A DNA stretch of 64,000 nucleotides from Octopus sinensis (GCF_006345805.1 NC_042997.1:168082001-168146000); one strand, 5' to 3'; counted from the first letter of the stretch, positions 39,031 to 53,700 are shown. The notes: generated by a model from the letters alone, not told the origin. Numbers and translations: made by a program.

Positions 39031-40489
39031 TTTTGAGTTTTTAAAATATTTTTATTTATTTGTTTTTTTTTTTTTGATGGGATAATGTTTTCTTTTCCTT
39101 TTATGCAAACTGTCAAATTTAGCCCAAACACTGTGAGTGTGTGTGTGTGCATGTACACAAACACACACACACAAGGCTCTGGTCGGTCAGGGGTTGTAAT
39201 AGAAAGCACTTAGCTAAGGTGCCATACATTGGGACTGAACCCAAGATCATTTGATTGAGAAGCAAACTTCAACTACACAACCACACCTGCACCTCACTAC
39301 ATATGTGTGTGTATACACACACACACATAATCTTGGCTTGAACCATCAACTCTTGATAGAGTCACAGAGCTACCCAAGTAACACACACCATCTTTTAAAT
39401 GAAAAACTTTTAATCAACAGTTGATTTGGGGTAACATGCTTTACAGTTTCAGTAATTTTGTTTTATATATATATAGATATATTTTACTTGCATTTGAGTA
39501 TTTGGGGTATAGAAATGAATTCAGTTTGTATTTATAATTATATCTGCATCCTTAATAAAATGAAACTAAAACAACAGCATTTTGAATTTCCAGAAAAAAA
39601 CAAAACCATTAATACTTTCAAATTAAGCAAAATATATTCATACACTCATGCAAAAGGAATATAATTATGCATAAGAAAATGAAACTACTGCAACAGTACT
39701 TAACCTAGCACAGCTCAATTTCTGATTAAAAGAAATAATTTTTTATATATATACTGGCATACCAGTTAGCTCATGTTAAGCTCAGAGTAGCAATCAAGAT
39801 AGTAATAACTCCCACTTAACAAACAAGGTAGAGAAAAAAAAACACCAAAGAAGCCCATAGCCCACAAAACACCAGCAGTAAAGCAGATACATTGTATGCT
39901 ATCTGCATTCATCAAAGAACAGTACACAGAAGCAGTGTGGACTGCAGCAGTAGAGCAAAAAGATTTTTTAGGTGTAACACAGAAAAATAATACAGCAGTT
40001 GTCATGATAACAAAAAAATTTAACCAAAGTCATGCACACCCACACATGAGGACACTACAAATAACAGATCCAGGACAGCCATCATTGTTACCATAGCAAA
40101 CATTACACCATTTCTACTACTAAATATCAGAGGCTTGTTACAGCTCAATAGCAATGGCAAAATTTCATTCCTGAGAGAGTTTTCTGCATGCAATATGCAT
40201 AGCACTTACTGAAACACATAAATGATGCAAAGACACATATACCAAAGTATGCTGTGTTTTGTACAGACAGAAAATAAAGAAGTCACAGTAGAGTTACTTA
40301 TGTACATCCATGATTATATGACACCCATAACCCAGTTGTCACATTCAAACTCAGTCTGTGGCACACTCACAGTGCTTATAAAGCAACTTGATGTAATATG
40401 TAAATTATATCATGCCTCAAATCATGATGGTAAATTTGAGGAAAGTCTTTGAATGATAAAAGAAGTACTAGCCAAACTAAATCAAAACA

Positions 40490-41330
40490 CTAATGTACTT
40501 CTGATGGGTAACTTCTCCATCAGATGAGCCAAAGGCAACATAATCTCAAGAATGTCATGCAAAGAATAGAATCAAACAGAATCTACTTGATCTCACAAAA
40601 ATTAGGTTCATTGAACAAATTATACAATTCCCAACCAGGAACATCTTACACCACTGCTTTACTGAAGAAATTATCTAAAATGTGAAGATGTCGCTAATGA
40701 TTTTCTCAGGTCACAGCATAATAGAATGAACAATGTACGGTCCAAAGCTATTTAAAGATGTATACCACAAGTAATGATGCATCATTCCATGTGCATATTA
40801 CTAAGAGGGCAACAATATACAGATGACTGGCTGGTTTGATTCTGAGTCAATCAAAACATAAGGAAAAGAAACTATGTTGATTCTATGGAGAATATTCATT
40901 CTCAGCCAATTGGTCTACTGCTCCCAAAGAATCAAACTCAGAGCATGGCTGTAGACAATCCAACACCACTACACCAACAAGATTGACTCAGTACAAAAGA
41001 TGAACTACTGGAACAACAGAAAAGAACTAAGGCTCTACTCCCTAGTCTAGTATCTAGATTAACAGCTATATAAACTACTCAAATTGGATGCCATTGCATA
41101 GTACCAAACACCTTGCCCTCTCCATCTAGAGAAGGACCAAATACAGTAACAGCTTAGAGTTCAAGGATCCACATCTTTTCAGTGTCTTGCCAAAAAACCT
41201 CAGAAATCTACAAGATCTAGATGTGGATATGTTAAAAAAACACTGAGATAAATTTTTATCTGATATACCATGTAAGACCACATCATAGCAAGAAATGCCA
41301 AGAAGCTTTGTCCAAATCACTGCTTCACCA
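40490..41330 (+). mobile_element. Degenerate CR1/L2-group LINE fragments
   Basis: Remnants LLMGNF (APE-like) and FSVLPKNLRNLQDLDVDMLKK..DKFLSDIP (C-terminus), heavily decayed. Confidence 0.45.
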
Positions 41331-42159
41331 AAACCAAATCCAGAGAGGGGACCAGGAAGTGAATCTGAAATAAACTAGCAACCATACTACTATAGGTGGT
41401 ACCCCATCATGACCACAGCCCTTGGCTGAGATCATGCTGGAGTACCATCATTAGTAATGCAATTGCTATATACGGTTACAGATGAACCAGTGAAAGATAA
41501 AAAGGTGCATATGTACGTACACACACACACCTCTGATAATATGGCAAATATTTTAAGCACAGATATGTCTGTTTGGCTTAGACACTTGCTTCCTGACCAT
41601 GTGGTTTCAGGTTCAGTCCTGCTGCACACCATCTTGGGTTAGCATCCACTATTATAGCTCTGGGCCAACCAAAATCCTTGTAGGTAGATTTAATAAATGG
41701 GAACTGAAATCACCCCAACATATTGATTGAAGGAGGTATAGGTACAGCTATAGGAGTGTAGACAGAGTTTGTTTTTTTACCATACATGCATGCAACTAGA
41801 CCTCTCCTGATAGCTTTGCATTTGTGTGTGTGTGCATATGCACGCACGCACACGCTTAGTTGGAATGATATATTAAATTGTTTTACTTTATTCTTGTATT
41901 AGTTGTTTCCATATTTATTATGAGATCATATACAGTTTGTTATATCCCTCCCAGTATAGTGTTCCCTTACTCTTTTTCAACATTAATTAATCACTAAGTT
42001 TCAACTATACATGACTTTTAGGTGACAAGTATGAAGACAACTTTTTCACAATCCTAATTTATCTACGCTGAATTTATTATTTTTTTTGTCTCTTCTTAGA
42101 ACATCCATAGAAAAGTTTAATAACATCCATGGAAAAGCTTAATAACATCTGAACCAGCA

Positions 42160-42440
42160 AAAGTGTCCTGAGTTAAAAACAAAGATAGTGCAAGCATTCA
42201 TTTGGTCCATAGGTACTTATGGTTGCAAAGCATAAACTCTGAACAAATTTAAAGAGAACATAATCGATGTGTTTGAAATGTGGGTGTATAGGAGAATGTT
42301 ACGAGTCTCTTACAAGGATAACCAGATAAAGGAATAGGTGTTACAAGCAGGTGAAAAACGACAACTCCTTAACATGGTGAAAAAACAAAAGCACATTTAT
42401 TATGGCTATATACAAAGAAGTAGAGGTTTGGAAAACATCT
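42160..42440 (+). mobile_element. Degenerate RTE/BovB-like RT fragment
   Basis: VQAFIWSIGTYGC...DVFEMWVYRRMLRVSY, the RTE-typical FEMWxYRRMLR motif. Confidence 0.6.
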
Positions 42441-42603
42441 TATTTACAAGAGTCTACTTGGTATCATCCACATAAGAATAAAATATTGGCATCATTCACC
42501 AATTGCACTAACCATTACTATCCTATTTAATTATTATATTTCAGTTTAGAAATTTCAAACAAAAAAAGTAAATAAACCAAAAGCATTTTACATAAAATCT
42601 CAT

Positions 42604-42800
42604 AGGCACAAGGCCTGAAATTTTTGGGGAGAGGGCCAGTTGATTAGATCAACCCCAGTAAACTACTGGTAGTTAATTTATTGACCCTGAAAGGATGAAA
42701 GGCAAAGTCAACCTCGGCGGAATTTGAACTCAGAACTTAAAGACAGACAAAATACTGCTAAGCATTTCGCCCAGCATGCTAACGTTTCTGCCAGCTCGCA
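42604..42800 (-). mobile_element. tRNA-derived SINE family 1
   Basis: High similarity to 7625-7836. Confidence 0.8.
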
Positions 42801-43209
42801 GCCTCAACTGATTACCTTTATTACCTATTCATAATAATTACTTGCTTATCTTTTTTCTTAATTCTGAGAACACCCTTTCAGTTTCCACTCTATTTCTTTC
42901 ATTATCTGTTTTGCAAGATTCCTGATGTGAAATTGCGTGTTGAAATAGATATTGTTATATTTCAGGATGGTAATTTTTTTTTTTTTTTGCCAAATAAACA
43001 CACACACTATATATTCATTCAACACTTGTTTATTATTGTTCTTATTTTATGTCCATTGTCTGGAAATCTTCCATCACACACATGTGACCACTTCAGTGAC
43101 TCTCTATCCCACATGTCCCCTCTTCTTGCTTTTATAACTTAATCACTACCTGGGCAAGAGAAGAAGTTCCAGGTATGCAACCAAAGTCTAGAATCAAAAG
43201 GTCTTAGAA

Positions 43210-44520
43210 TTAACCTAGTAAAAACCAAATAAGTAGGATAACAGACAAATCACAAATCCCCTCAGATAGATGGCCCTGCTCAGTCTGTAGAAAAGGTGTA
43301 GGTAGAAACTCCGTAAGATGCACCCAGTGTAAGCTTTGGACACACAAAAGGTGCAGCAACATCAAAGGAAGGTTAACAGAGAAACTAACTTTTGTATGTG
43401 GAAGGTGCACAGGCATAATAAATGCTGAACATGTACAAAAAATAGGCTCCATCAACTGCCAGGGGGACAAGCTAGAGGTAGTAGATAGCTTCTGGTATCT
43501 AGGCAACCAGAAGAGTGGAAGTGGTTGTTCCAAGAGCATAGCTGTGAGAATAAGATTAGGCTGAACAAAGTTCAGAGAGCTTCTTCTGCTGGCAACAAAG
43601 GGACTCTCTCTCAGAGTAAAAGGCAGATTGTTTGATGCCTGTGTACAAACAGCTATACTCCATAGCAGTGAAACATGGGCTATAATAGCCGAGAAAATGC
43701 TTAGGCATGAGAGAAACGAAGCCAGTAAGCTTCACTGGGTGTGCAATGTCAGTGTGTATGTTTGACAGAGTGTAAGCATCTTGAGAGAAAAGTTAGGCAT
43801 AAGAGGAATCAGATGTGGTGTGCAAGATAAATGACTGTGCTGGTATGGTCATGTATTGCGTATGGACGAGGACAGTTGTGTAAAGAAGTGCCAATCTCTG
43901 ACTGTGGAGGGAATCTGTGGTAGAGGTAGACCCAGGACGACATGGGACAAGGTGGTGAAACATGGCCTTCGAACTTTGAAAACCTCACAGAGGCAATGAC
44001 TAGTGACTGGGACCTTTGGCGATGTGCTCTGCTTAAGAGGAACCAGCAAGCCAAGTGCATCTGTGCTGGTGGCACACAAAATAAACACCCTTTGAATGTT
44101 AGGCCTCAAGGAGGCGAGGTAGCTGAGTTCCTTTCAAGTGTTGGGCCTCATGGAGGCAAAGTGTCTGAGCTTCTTTCAAGTGTTGGGCCTCACGGAGGCA
44201 ATGACCAAGACCGTTGGCATTTATGTCATGCTTGAGAAGAAGACACATGAAGCTGAGCAAATTGCAGTCATGGCAGATACCAGTGTCATGCAAATGGTAG
44301 TAGTAGCAGATACTGGTGTCACGCAATGGCACCCGTGCTAGTGGCACGTAAAAGCACTCATTATACTCTTGGAGTGGTTGGTGTTAGGAAGGGATTCCAG
44401 CTGCAGAAAACCATGCCAAATCAGACTGGATTCTGGCGCAGTGTGCCAGCCCAGTCAAACTGTCCAACCCATGGACAATGGACGTATGATGATGATGATG
44501 ATGTTGATGATGATGACATC
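43210..44520 (+). mobile_element. Degenerate RTE LINE 3' fragment
   Basis: RT C-terminal remnants (GRGRPRTTWDKVVK), local ~40-bp duplications at 44090-44200, the shared terminal segment and a (TGA)n tail. Confidence 0.82.
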
Positions 44521-45314
44521 AAAAATGATTGCCCTAACACCCTTATTTATCTTACAATGTTTGAACAAACAATAAAGACATCTATATAGTAGCTAGACAA
44601 GTTATAAATGGCAACCAAAGTCTCCTTTAAATCACAACCTTTTGTCTTAGTGAGCATATACCAACAAATGATATTTCTACAAGGTAGCTAGATATGTTAG
44701 AAATATTAACTCCACCTAGTAGCCAATTCTCACTCAAATTACAACCTTTGATCTCATGTTACTTGATTCAATATTCATGTACTCCAACGCATATTCTGAA
44801 ACTCAGCCCCAATATTTTCTTACAACTAAACAAATAATTTTAATTCAAAATAATTTTTGAAATTAGAATCTTAAATTGAAACAGTGCTTCAAATTTTCAG
44901 ACAACGAAAAAACATTTTAAACAACTTCATCCAATTTCCGTACATAACTTCATAGGACACAAACTATATAAATTTAAAGCTTATAAATGAATATGGGTAG
45001 CATTTAGTTCTCAAGCACAAAGCACATCCCAAATTTCTAGGTTTAAAAATTTTGAGGGTAGAGGAGTGCACATTTACACAAATAAGTAGGGACTACTTCC
45101 ATTGCCTCAGGTTTCATGCCAAATGCAACCATTAGATAGTGCATCATCTACTGAGGAACATAGTCAATCTTGACAGATCTTATACCATTCATATAACACA
45201 TTGCAAACTTGCAGTTGGTCTTATTGTTTACATCTAGTAGATTAAATGGCTGTTGTTTCTTTTTTGTAGTTCATGATACAGAATATATTTCTGTGGTGGC
45301 ATCCTGGGAATAAA

Positions 45315-45693
45315 CTCTTTACTCTTTACTTGTTTCAGTCATTTGACTGTGGCCATGCTGGAGCACCGCCTTTTAGTTGAGAAAATCAACCCCAGGACTT
45401 ATTCTATCGGTCTCTTTTGCCAAACCGCTAAGTTACGGGGATGTAAACATACCAGCATCGATTTTCAAGCAATGTTGGGGGGACAAACACAGACACACAC
45501 ACACATATATATACACATATACATATATACAATGGGCTTCTTTCAGTTTCCATCTACCAAATCCACTCACAAGGCTTTGGTCAGCCCGAGGCTATAGTAG
45601 AAGACACTTGCCCAAGGTGCCACGCAGTGGGACTGAACCTGAAACCATGTGGTTCATAAGCAAACTACTTACCACACAGCCACTCCTGCGCCT
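45315..45693 (-). mobile_element. tRNA-derived SINE family 2 with internal (TA/CA) microsatellite
   Basis: AGGCGCAGGAGTGGCTGTGTGGTAAG...GGTTCAGTCCC, CCTTGGGCAAGTGTCTT, and a (GAGTAAA)n-like tail. Confidence 0.85.
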
Positions 45694-46429
45694 ATATCTC
45701 CATCTTTCTATTTAAATTATCAGTTTATTTGGTTAAAATGTAACTACTTAGTAACCATGTGACTATGTACCCATTACTAGTTAATTCTTACTTCCCTACC
45801 TAACTTTCTTCCTACCACCTATCACACCAACTACCTTGCTCACTAATTTGTACAACACTCCCACTTCCTGCTAGCCTTTAAGACCAAGTAGTTCTCTCTC
45901 TCTCTCTCTCTCCATTTCCTAACACACAACAAATTTCATTCATTGCGATTATCTCTCAGCATCCACTTCTTGTCCTTACCTTTTGACTTATTCTCTATCA
46001 ATCTACTTCCACCTGTTATTACTTGACCACTCTGTCTAAGGACCTTAATCTAGAGAGCCAGACTATTCAACACCTTACAGCAACCAAACTTACAGACTTT
46101 TACACACCCTCTTAGATTTTATTACCATTGTTGCCAACACTGACCCTCATAAGATTAACAGTTCTTAATTTTACTAAGATTAAATCTATCTTTCTCACCA
46201 CTTCAGCAGAGTCTACACAAGTAAACAGAATGAATAGCAAAACAGATGCAATATGCAACACACCATCAAAACAGTTGGTGTTTGGGACATCACATGTTAC
46301 ATTCAGTATATTTCAGAATATTTCCTAATTTATGCATATCAATATTGCAAGATATATTAGTAGACTAGATCTAGTTGATGTTCAATTTCTAGTCAGTTGG
46401 CAGGGGTTAGTATTTAGCAAAGGAAAAAA

Positions 46430-46827
46430 CTCTTTTACTTGTTTCAGTCATGGCCATGCTGGAGCACCGCCTTTAGTTGAGCAAATCGACTCCAGGACTT
46501 ATTCTTTGTAAGCCTAGTACTTATTCTATCAGTCTCTTTTGCAAAACTGCTAAGTTACGGGGATGTAAACGCACCAGCATCGGCTGTCAAGCAATATTGG
46601 GGGAACAAACACAGACGCACAAACATATACACACAGATACATATATATATATATAGATATATACAATGGGCTTCTTTCAGATTCCATCTACCAAATTCAC
46701 TTACAACGCTTTGGTCGGCCCGAGGCTATAGTAGAAGACACTTGCCCAAGGTGCCACACAGTGGTACTGAAACCGGAACCATGTGGTTGGTAAGCAAGCT
46801 ACTTACCACACAGCCACTCCTACGCCT
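46430..46827 (-). mobile_element. tRNA-derived SINE family 2
   Basis: Near-full copy similar to 45315-45693. Confidence 0.85.
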
Positions 46828-47059
46828 ACTGATATGCATTTTATGAGTCGACACAGTAACATCAATTTGGTGGTGGAAAACTACAGGTAAATAATGCATT
46901 TAGGAAAGAATGAAAATGAAATGTGACACTAGCAAAAGTAAATATTGCTATTATTGATTTATTATATTGACACAAAGTAACGATCCTACAGGTAAGCTAA
47001 TTGGCTTTAAGACTTGATTAGCATTTATTTCATCAATACCAAAACGATGAAAAGTAATG

Positions 47060-47310
47060 TCCTTAACTCAAGGGGGCATGAGGAGTGGAATAGGGAAGAG
47101 GGGGTGGGAAATGAGAAGTGAAGAAGAGGAGGGAGTAGGATGGGAGAGGAAGACGAGAGGAGGACAAGAGGAGGGGGAGGGGAGAGGAGGAAACGACGAG
47201 AGGAGGAAGAGGATGGGCGAGAAGGAGGAAGGAGGAGGATGGGAAAGGAGGAGGACAGAAGAGTGGGGAGGAGGAAGATGGAGGAGGGAGGGAAGGAGGA
47301 AGAGGATTTA
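47060..47310. repeat. Purine-rich (GGA/GAG) low-complexity tract
   Basis: Almost entirely G and A on the plus strand. Confidence 0.85.
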
Positions 47311-47836
47311 AGAGAGAATCAGTAAATCAGAATGGTGTCCAGAACTTTGCAGTAAGGTGGAGGTGATAAGATTGTCTTGATAAGATTATAGGCATTAGTT
47401 TTATTTACACACCCCCACAGTAAAGAGATAGGCAAAGTCTCTGCAGAAGCATGTGTTTTGACAGCTGGAGGTCTAAATCTTTCAACCATGAAGTATTGTT
47501 GACACTAGTAAGTTGGCTTGTATGTGACACTACTTAGCAAAACACATTACACATTCACATTTATTCATACATTAAACTTCCCAGAGAATGGAGGTGTACT
47601 GCTGACGTAAGTACTAGTATTACAATTTCCTCAATACAATAGGTGACATACAGTAAGGTTAATGTAGGATTTGGAAACAGATACAATTTTATTACATAAC
47701 AATAAGATAGACAAAGGAGGGGTGGGTGGAGTGGACAGATGGATAGGTAGAACAATATAAAGAAAGGAAGACAGACATAGTATAAACAGGTGTGTAGATA
47801 GACCGGTAAAGAAAGTGAAGAGATATGTAGACACAC

Positions 47837-47941
<105 letters not shown>

Positions 47942-48259
47942 ATAAATAAATAAATAAATAGGCAAAAGAACTGATAAACAACCTTAACTGGCACTTTTTC
48001 TTCTTTGATGAATACCCCCACTGATATGTCAGAATTCTTTTCTCTTTAAAACAAAAATTCCTATTCTAAACTTTACTGAAACTATTTTTGCCTATTCAAA
48101 CCTTTATTAGTTTTCTTGGTTGCTAGTGCTTTTCTGACATAAATAAACAATCAATCAAACAGCTGGCATTACAGAACAGACAGAAAGACAGATAAATAAA
48201 CAGTTAGACATATTTAAAAAGAAGAATTGCACACAGCAAGATGATATAACAGTACTTAC

Positions 48260-48477
48260 CTTTTGAAACTTTTGTCACATTTTTCGCAAATAAATCTTCT
48301 GTGAGGATCAACATGTGTCTTTGTATGATAGCGTAATCCTGGGACACTTGTGAAGACTTTGCCACAACCATCTTTGGGACACTTTAACAATTTCTGAGTG
48401 ACATTGTCTTCTTGGGATTTCTCAAATTCTTGCATCCGTTCTGTCTTTACCCGTGACCGTTTGCTTAAGGTGGCATC
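48260..48477 (-). CDS. HBP1: HBP1-like gene, most 5' coding exon found: C2H2 finger 1 and first half of finger 2
   Basis: Acceptor ttttgttgacAG and donor AG|GTAAGTAC. Reads DATLSKRSRVKTERMQEFEKSQEDNVTQKLLKCPKDGCGKVFTSVPGLRYHTKTHVDPHRRFICEKCDKSFK(S). Its phase-2 end joins 26077 in frame to complete finger 2. Confidence 0.85.
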
Positions 48478-50651
48478 CTGTCAACAAAAGCATACAACCA
48501 CACTATAGTTATTTAGCTTACTTCAGATTACAATAATTTCTTACAATGGAATAAAACCATAAATTTGTAAAAGAAATATATATATATAGTTGACTGAATC
48601 AATAAAAGTAAATAATTGATACTTATTTTATTGCCCCTAATCACCAGATGGTAAAGCCAACAACAGCATGTTTTGGAACTTAGAATGTAAACAAGCACCA
48701 CAAAATAGTTCAGCATTTTAATCTTTCGGGCAATGCATTGCCATTGCTATAAATCCAAATAACAAATAAAGAAACAAGGTGTTCAAAGCCAATTGGTTTC
48801 TCATTTACAAGACAGAAGGATAATAGTAAAATTCTTCAACAGACTCCAGAGTTACATGACCACAATGTAAGTAAATAACATTTATATACCTATTCAACCT
48901 TGAGTATGAAAGAAATAATGTAATTTTATGAAAAAGAATAAGAAAGACTTTTTCTTGGTCACAACAAAGTAACATGTAATACAACAAAAATAACAGATAT
49001 ATGATACATTTTTCTATGACAATGAAAATGCATTAAATTACATTGTATATATGTTCCCATAAGATTATATCACTCAAAAATTCTTACAATCTTACTAACA
49101 CAAGGAAATGATTCAGAAATAAAATATAAAACCAAAAATGGGAACAGCAAAATGACAAAACACTTAATTTTTTATTATACAATACTACATATCTCAGTTT
49201 GTGTATTATATGCTCTACAAAAAAAATCTATACTTCATAAAATTTTATTTTGTGTTTCAATAACCACTATAATAGATAATAACACAAAAGCATTCTATGT
49301 GTGATAATTCAGTCAATGTATAAAATATTTTTTGTAAGCTAATTTTATACAACAGGTGCATTTCTGTGGCCAACACTAGTAATATTGAGAGATCACATGT
49401 TACAAGAAGCAGCAATATGAATATTTATTGAAAAGTTATTGGGAGAGAAATTTATGAATGAAGGTGTGTGTCTATGCTATGACAAATGCTAAATAAGATC
49501 AAAAGAGCCAAATATATATTACAAGATGTAAAAAAAGTATAACAGGGAATCTTCAAAGTAAAACTTAGAAATCAGAAGAGTGTTTGGAAAAGAAGAAAAA
49601 AAGTTTGGAAAGTTTTTTTTAATTTTCAAGTATATTTTCTCCTGTGACAGCACATAACCAAAACAAGTATACAAATGATTTGAAATGGGCTATTATTAAA
49701 ACTTCTGTTTTCATTTCTCAACATAATTGTTAAAAAATATTTAACTTTCTGAGCTAGCATTGTTGGAAGTAAGATATTATCAAAAATAAGTAACTCATAA
49801 AATTTTTTTAAAAAGGGTACAATCAGTTCATTGTTGTATTAGGTTTGCAACATTCATGATGTGAACTTATGAGTTGAATGAAATTTTATTGTATATCAGG
49901 GGAGTCATTATGCCAATAATAATCACATGGACTGGTCTAGTTTACTTCTTTTATTATTCTTAGTCAATTGGTTAACCAATAAACTAAACAGGTACAACTA
50001 TTTATTTGAAAGTTTTCATGAACAGAGATGTTATGACTATCATACTACAAGAGTGAAAACCAAATGCACCAAATATATAACTAACGGCAATAATGCTTAA
50101 CCTCTTATGTTTAAAACTTAGAAATTCAAAGAACTTTTAAACAAAAAAATAAAATAAAGAGTTAAGGGAGTTGTATGAATCAGGAATTTTAAAGTATTTA
50201 TTCATTAGTTCCTATAATTCAGGAAATCCAAGTTCATTTTTACATTTCCCTTTATTGTTGGTTTCATTTTACTCTAGACCACTTTCCTTAAAGATTACCC
50301 TAAAGAAAAGTCTATTAAAGATGACATATTTTTTCTGGCATTCCATTGCCCAAAAATACTGGTATGTACGTTATACACAAATAAAAACAGCATGTCTGTG
50401 TGTGTGTGTATCTACACACACACATACAGAGGAGAAATTAAGATAAACACAAATTAATATTATTAGTTCCTATGTATGTTCCACCACTATGGTTGCTTGG
50501 AACCTTGCATTGGGTGTGCATAAGGACACTTAACAAGAATGGATGCATCAGGGAACACTTTATTGCATTAAGTTAGGGAGAACTAATGTCAAGAGTTGGG
50601 TGGATGGCAAAGTATTTTATAAGCATTTTGAAAGGGAAATTAAAGGAAAGC

Positions 50652-50712
<61 letters not shown>

Positions 50713-53700
50713 CATGCATGGAAGGTGGATTTTAAACTGATGATGATGATATACATCCATACATGTAAACACACACACATATAATATATATATATATATA
50801 TATGCATACACACACATTCACAGTGACAAAGTGTCCTTATTAGGTAAATAAGAAAAGAACAAATAGCAGTTAAATAATATGTCTATGTATGTTTCACTTT
50901 TCTAGATAGGAACCAATTTATTCATTAAATTTCTTCCATTCACACAAACTTATCAATTAAATGCTTATTTGACAAAGCTTGCATTTTTCAGCTGAAAATT
51001 GTTGCTAGTTTATTTCTGAAAAGAATACTGTATTTGAAGGCATTTAGAGAGCATACTAATTTTAATAATGATAAGTGGTTGAAGTTAATAGACCTAATCA
51101 ATCAGACTTTTTGTTTAAAAATAATGCATTACTGAATTAATCCCATATGTTGCCACAATTCTAGTAAATATTCAGGTAGATTACAATGAAAACACCAATC
51201 ATAGAAATGTTGTCATTTAATAGTAGTTTATACTGCAATTAAGTGTCAGGGAATCATAGAACAAAATAAATATATTGACAGACACTACTGCATATGCAGA
51301 AAAACTTTGTATAACATGCAAATATGTTTCAGAATATAAAGTAAAAATAGACTGGTAAAGAAAAAGAACTAGCTCTGTGTAAGCTCAACACATTCAATGT
51401 TTGATATGGAAGTATATTTCAACCCCATCTCAAATCCAACAATAAAGGTTTTAGATATCTAAGATGAACTATCTTAGCTTCCTGTCCAGTGGGGTGATGA
51501 TCCCTCAATAATTTAATGTTGAAATAAGTCTCATCACCATGAACCTGCTCAAATAAGAAACCCATAGACACAAAATGTAGCCTTTTGGATAATTTTTACA
51601 TTAATTTTTCTCTATAATTTTGGCACAAGGCCAGCAAATTTTGAGGGAAGGAGAGTAGTTGGTTATATTGATCCCATGGTACTTGACTGGTATGTTAACT
51701 GTATCAACCATGAAAAGATGAAAGGCAAGGTTGACCTCAGCAGCATATTAACTCAGAACATAAAACTAGAGGAAATGCTGCCAAATATTTTGTCCAACAC
51801 AGTAATGATTCTGCCAGCTTGCTGCCTTAATTCTGTATATTAATAAAATGGGAAATTTATCATTAGATTCAAATATACCACTGTTGTGTTATATATCTAT
51901 ACTATGTATTTTAGTAATTTCAATATATCACGGTCTTCAGAATTCAACCTAGTATTTGACAACTTATGACGATTTGATAGTTAAAGAGACAGAAAAAAAA
52001 ATGTTTGACAGAAAGAAAGCAGGAAGAAGAAAAACAAAGTGAAAATGTTAGTCTCAATAAAGGTTGATGAGCTCTTAAAGATTAACTGTTGCTGCAAACA
52101 AACAACAAATGTTCCCTTTTATTTATCAACAATAATCAGTATAGCATTAAAAGAAAAAGAAAAGAATGGAAAGATAATCAACCTGTTAAGATTTTCATTT
52201 TGTTTAAATTCATGGAAGCATGTTTACCATATTTCAGCATTGGATGTTTTCATAAAATTTGTCTCTGCTTTAAGTGTCTGTTAATGTTATACAGATTGCT
52301 AAATTGATGGAGTGCCAGACAACTAAAGAGTCAGCAGTTTCAACCACTTGTACAACATCAATGACAGAGTATTTCTCAACAGCACATTCTACCTTACTCT
52401 AAGAAAGTACCACAGAGTGGTACAGTTTAATATTATAAGTGGAAAAATGATAGGAAATTAATTTCATTGACTTACAATATTAAGTTCAATTTCTCCTGTT
52501 TGTATTTTTCCTTTTGACTGAGGCAAGTTATGTTCAAACATTTATGATGAAAGTATCGTTGAAACTTGTTACTATTCTTTCCTTTCTTTTTCAGGATTCA
52601 CTCAATGAGCAATATTCTCTTCAATTTTTAGCAGACAGTGTGAAACTTATCACCTTGACAAAAGTTTATGTACACTGAATGTAAACTAAGTATAATTAAC
52701 TACATTTAGGCAACAAACCCTTTAAGTGCACATTAGTTTCTCTGACACTGCTTGTAAAACAAAGGTCAAGGAACACTGTTGGCGAATATTGCCAGATGCA
52801 AGATTTCAATGGTCTCATCAATATGACCAAATATAACGTAACTACTGTCTTGGTCTTCAGACACAGATATGAAGTCACAAACTGCATTTTATCCATAACT
52901 AGTATACTTGTGCAGTCAAAAACTAAGGTATTTTAAAAAGAAGCCAAAACTGGTATTTAATAAATACATAAGTTTATATTTTGCAACGGTGGTGCCCCAG
53001 CATGACTGCAGCTTTAAAACTGAAACAAGTTAATGAGTGGACTAATACTATTTTCATTCTGAATATTGTTTCTTAATTTTACTTCATACATTACCTAGCA
53101 TCAAAATTAAAGTACAACTGTGATATACCACAAAAAAAAACGTAATTAACAGACAAACAAAATAATATTGTTTCCTTTTGTCTGTTAATGCCGGCAACTC
53201 TTTCTCTTCATTTGCTGTAGTAACTCCGAGAAGCTTTTACTGAATAAATTTAAAGCATGTATGCAGTCAGTCAGACTTGTGATGCACAGATGCAGTACAC
53301 TATGTTTGTACTCAGTTGAATATCATGTCCTGCACACATACAGTTTAATGAATGAAGGGCAACGTGGAAATCTGTGCATGTTTTCTTTACAGCCCATTTT
53401 GTTCGTATCTACATGTAGGTCTGATAGTGGACGCAACAAAGGCAAGGGCATGCCAGCTGCTATGCTTCACTTATCCATTACCCTCTTTGTCACATGATAC
53501 AATATGTCTTCTGCTTAGTGTAACTAACTTTTGTTCTTCTCTCTCTTTCTAAAAGAAATGACATCTCTTACTCTCTCACCTACTCCAAAGAAGTCTATTC
53601 TCCAAATATGCTGCCTTGAAGAATCGCCACTCTTCTTCCAGCTGTTCTCCACACACTCTTTTTCTCGTCCTACAACAATTATATTCTGAACACACTTATC

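Noticed and set aside
47057-47325. Glu/Arg/Gly-rich ORFs
   Set aside because: Purine-rich low-complexity DNA on the strand opposite to the gene, with no splice support.
52696-52896. ORF candidate for the missing first HBP1 exon
   Set aside because: No convincing donor in a compatible phase and no recognisable similarity.
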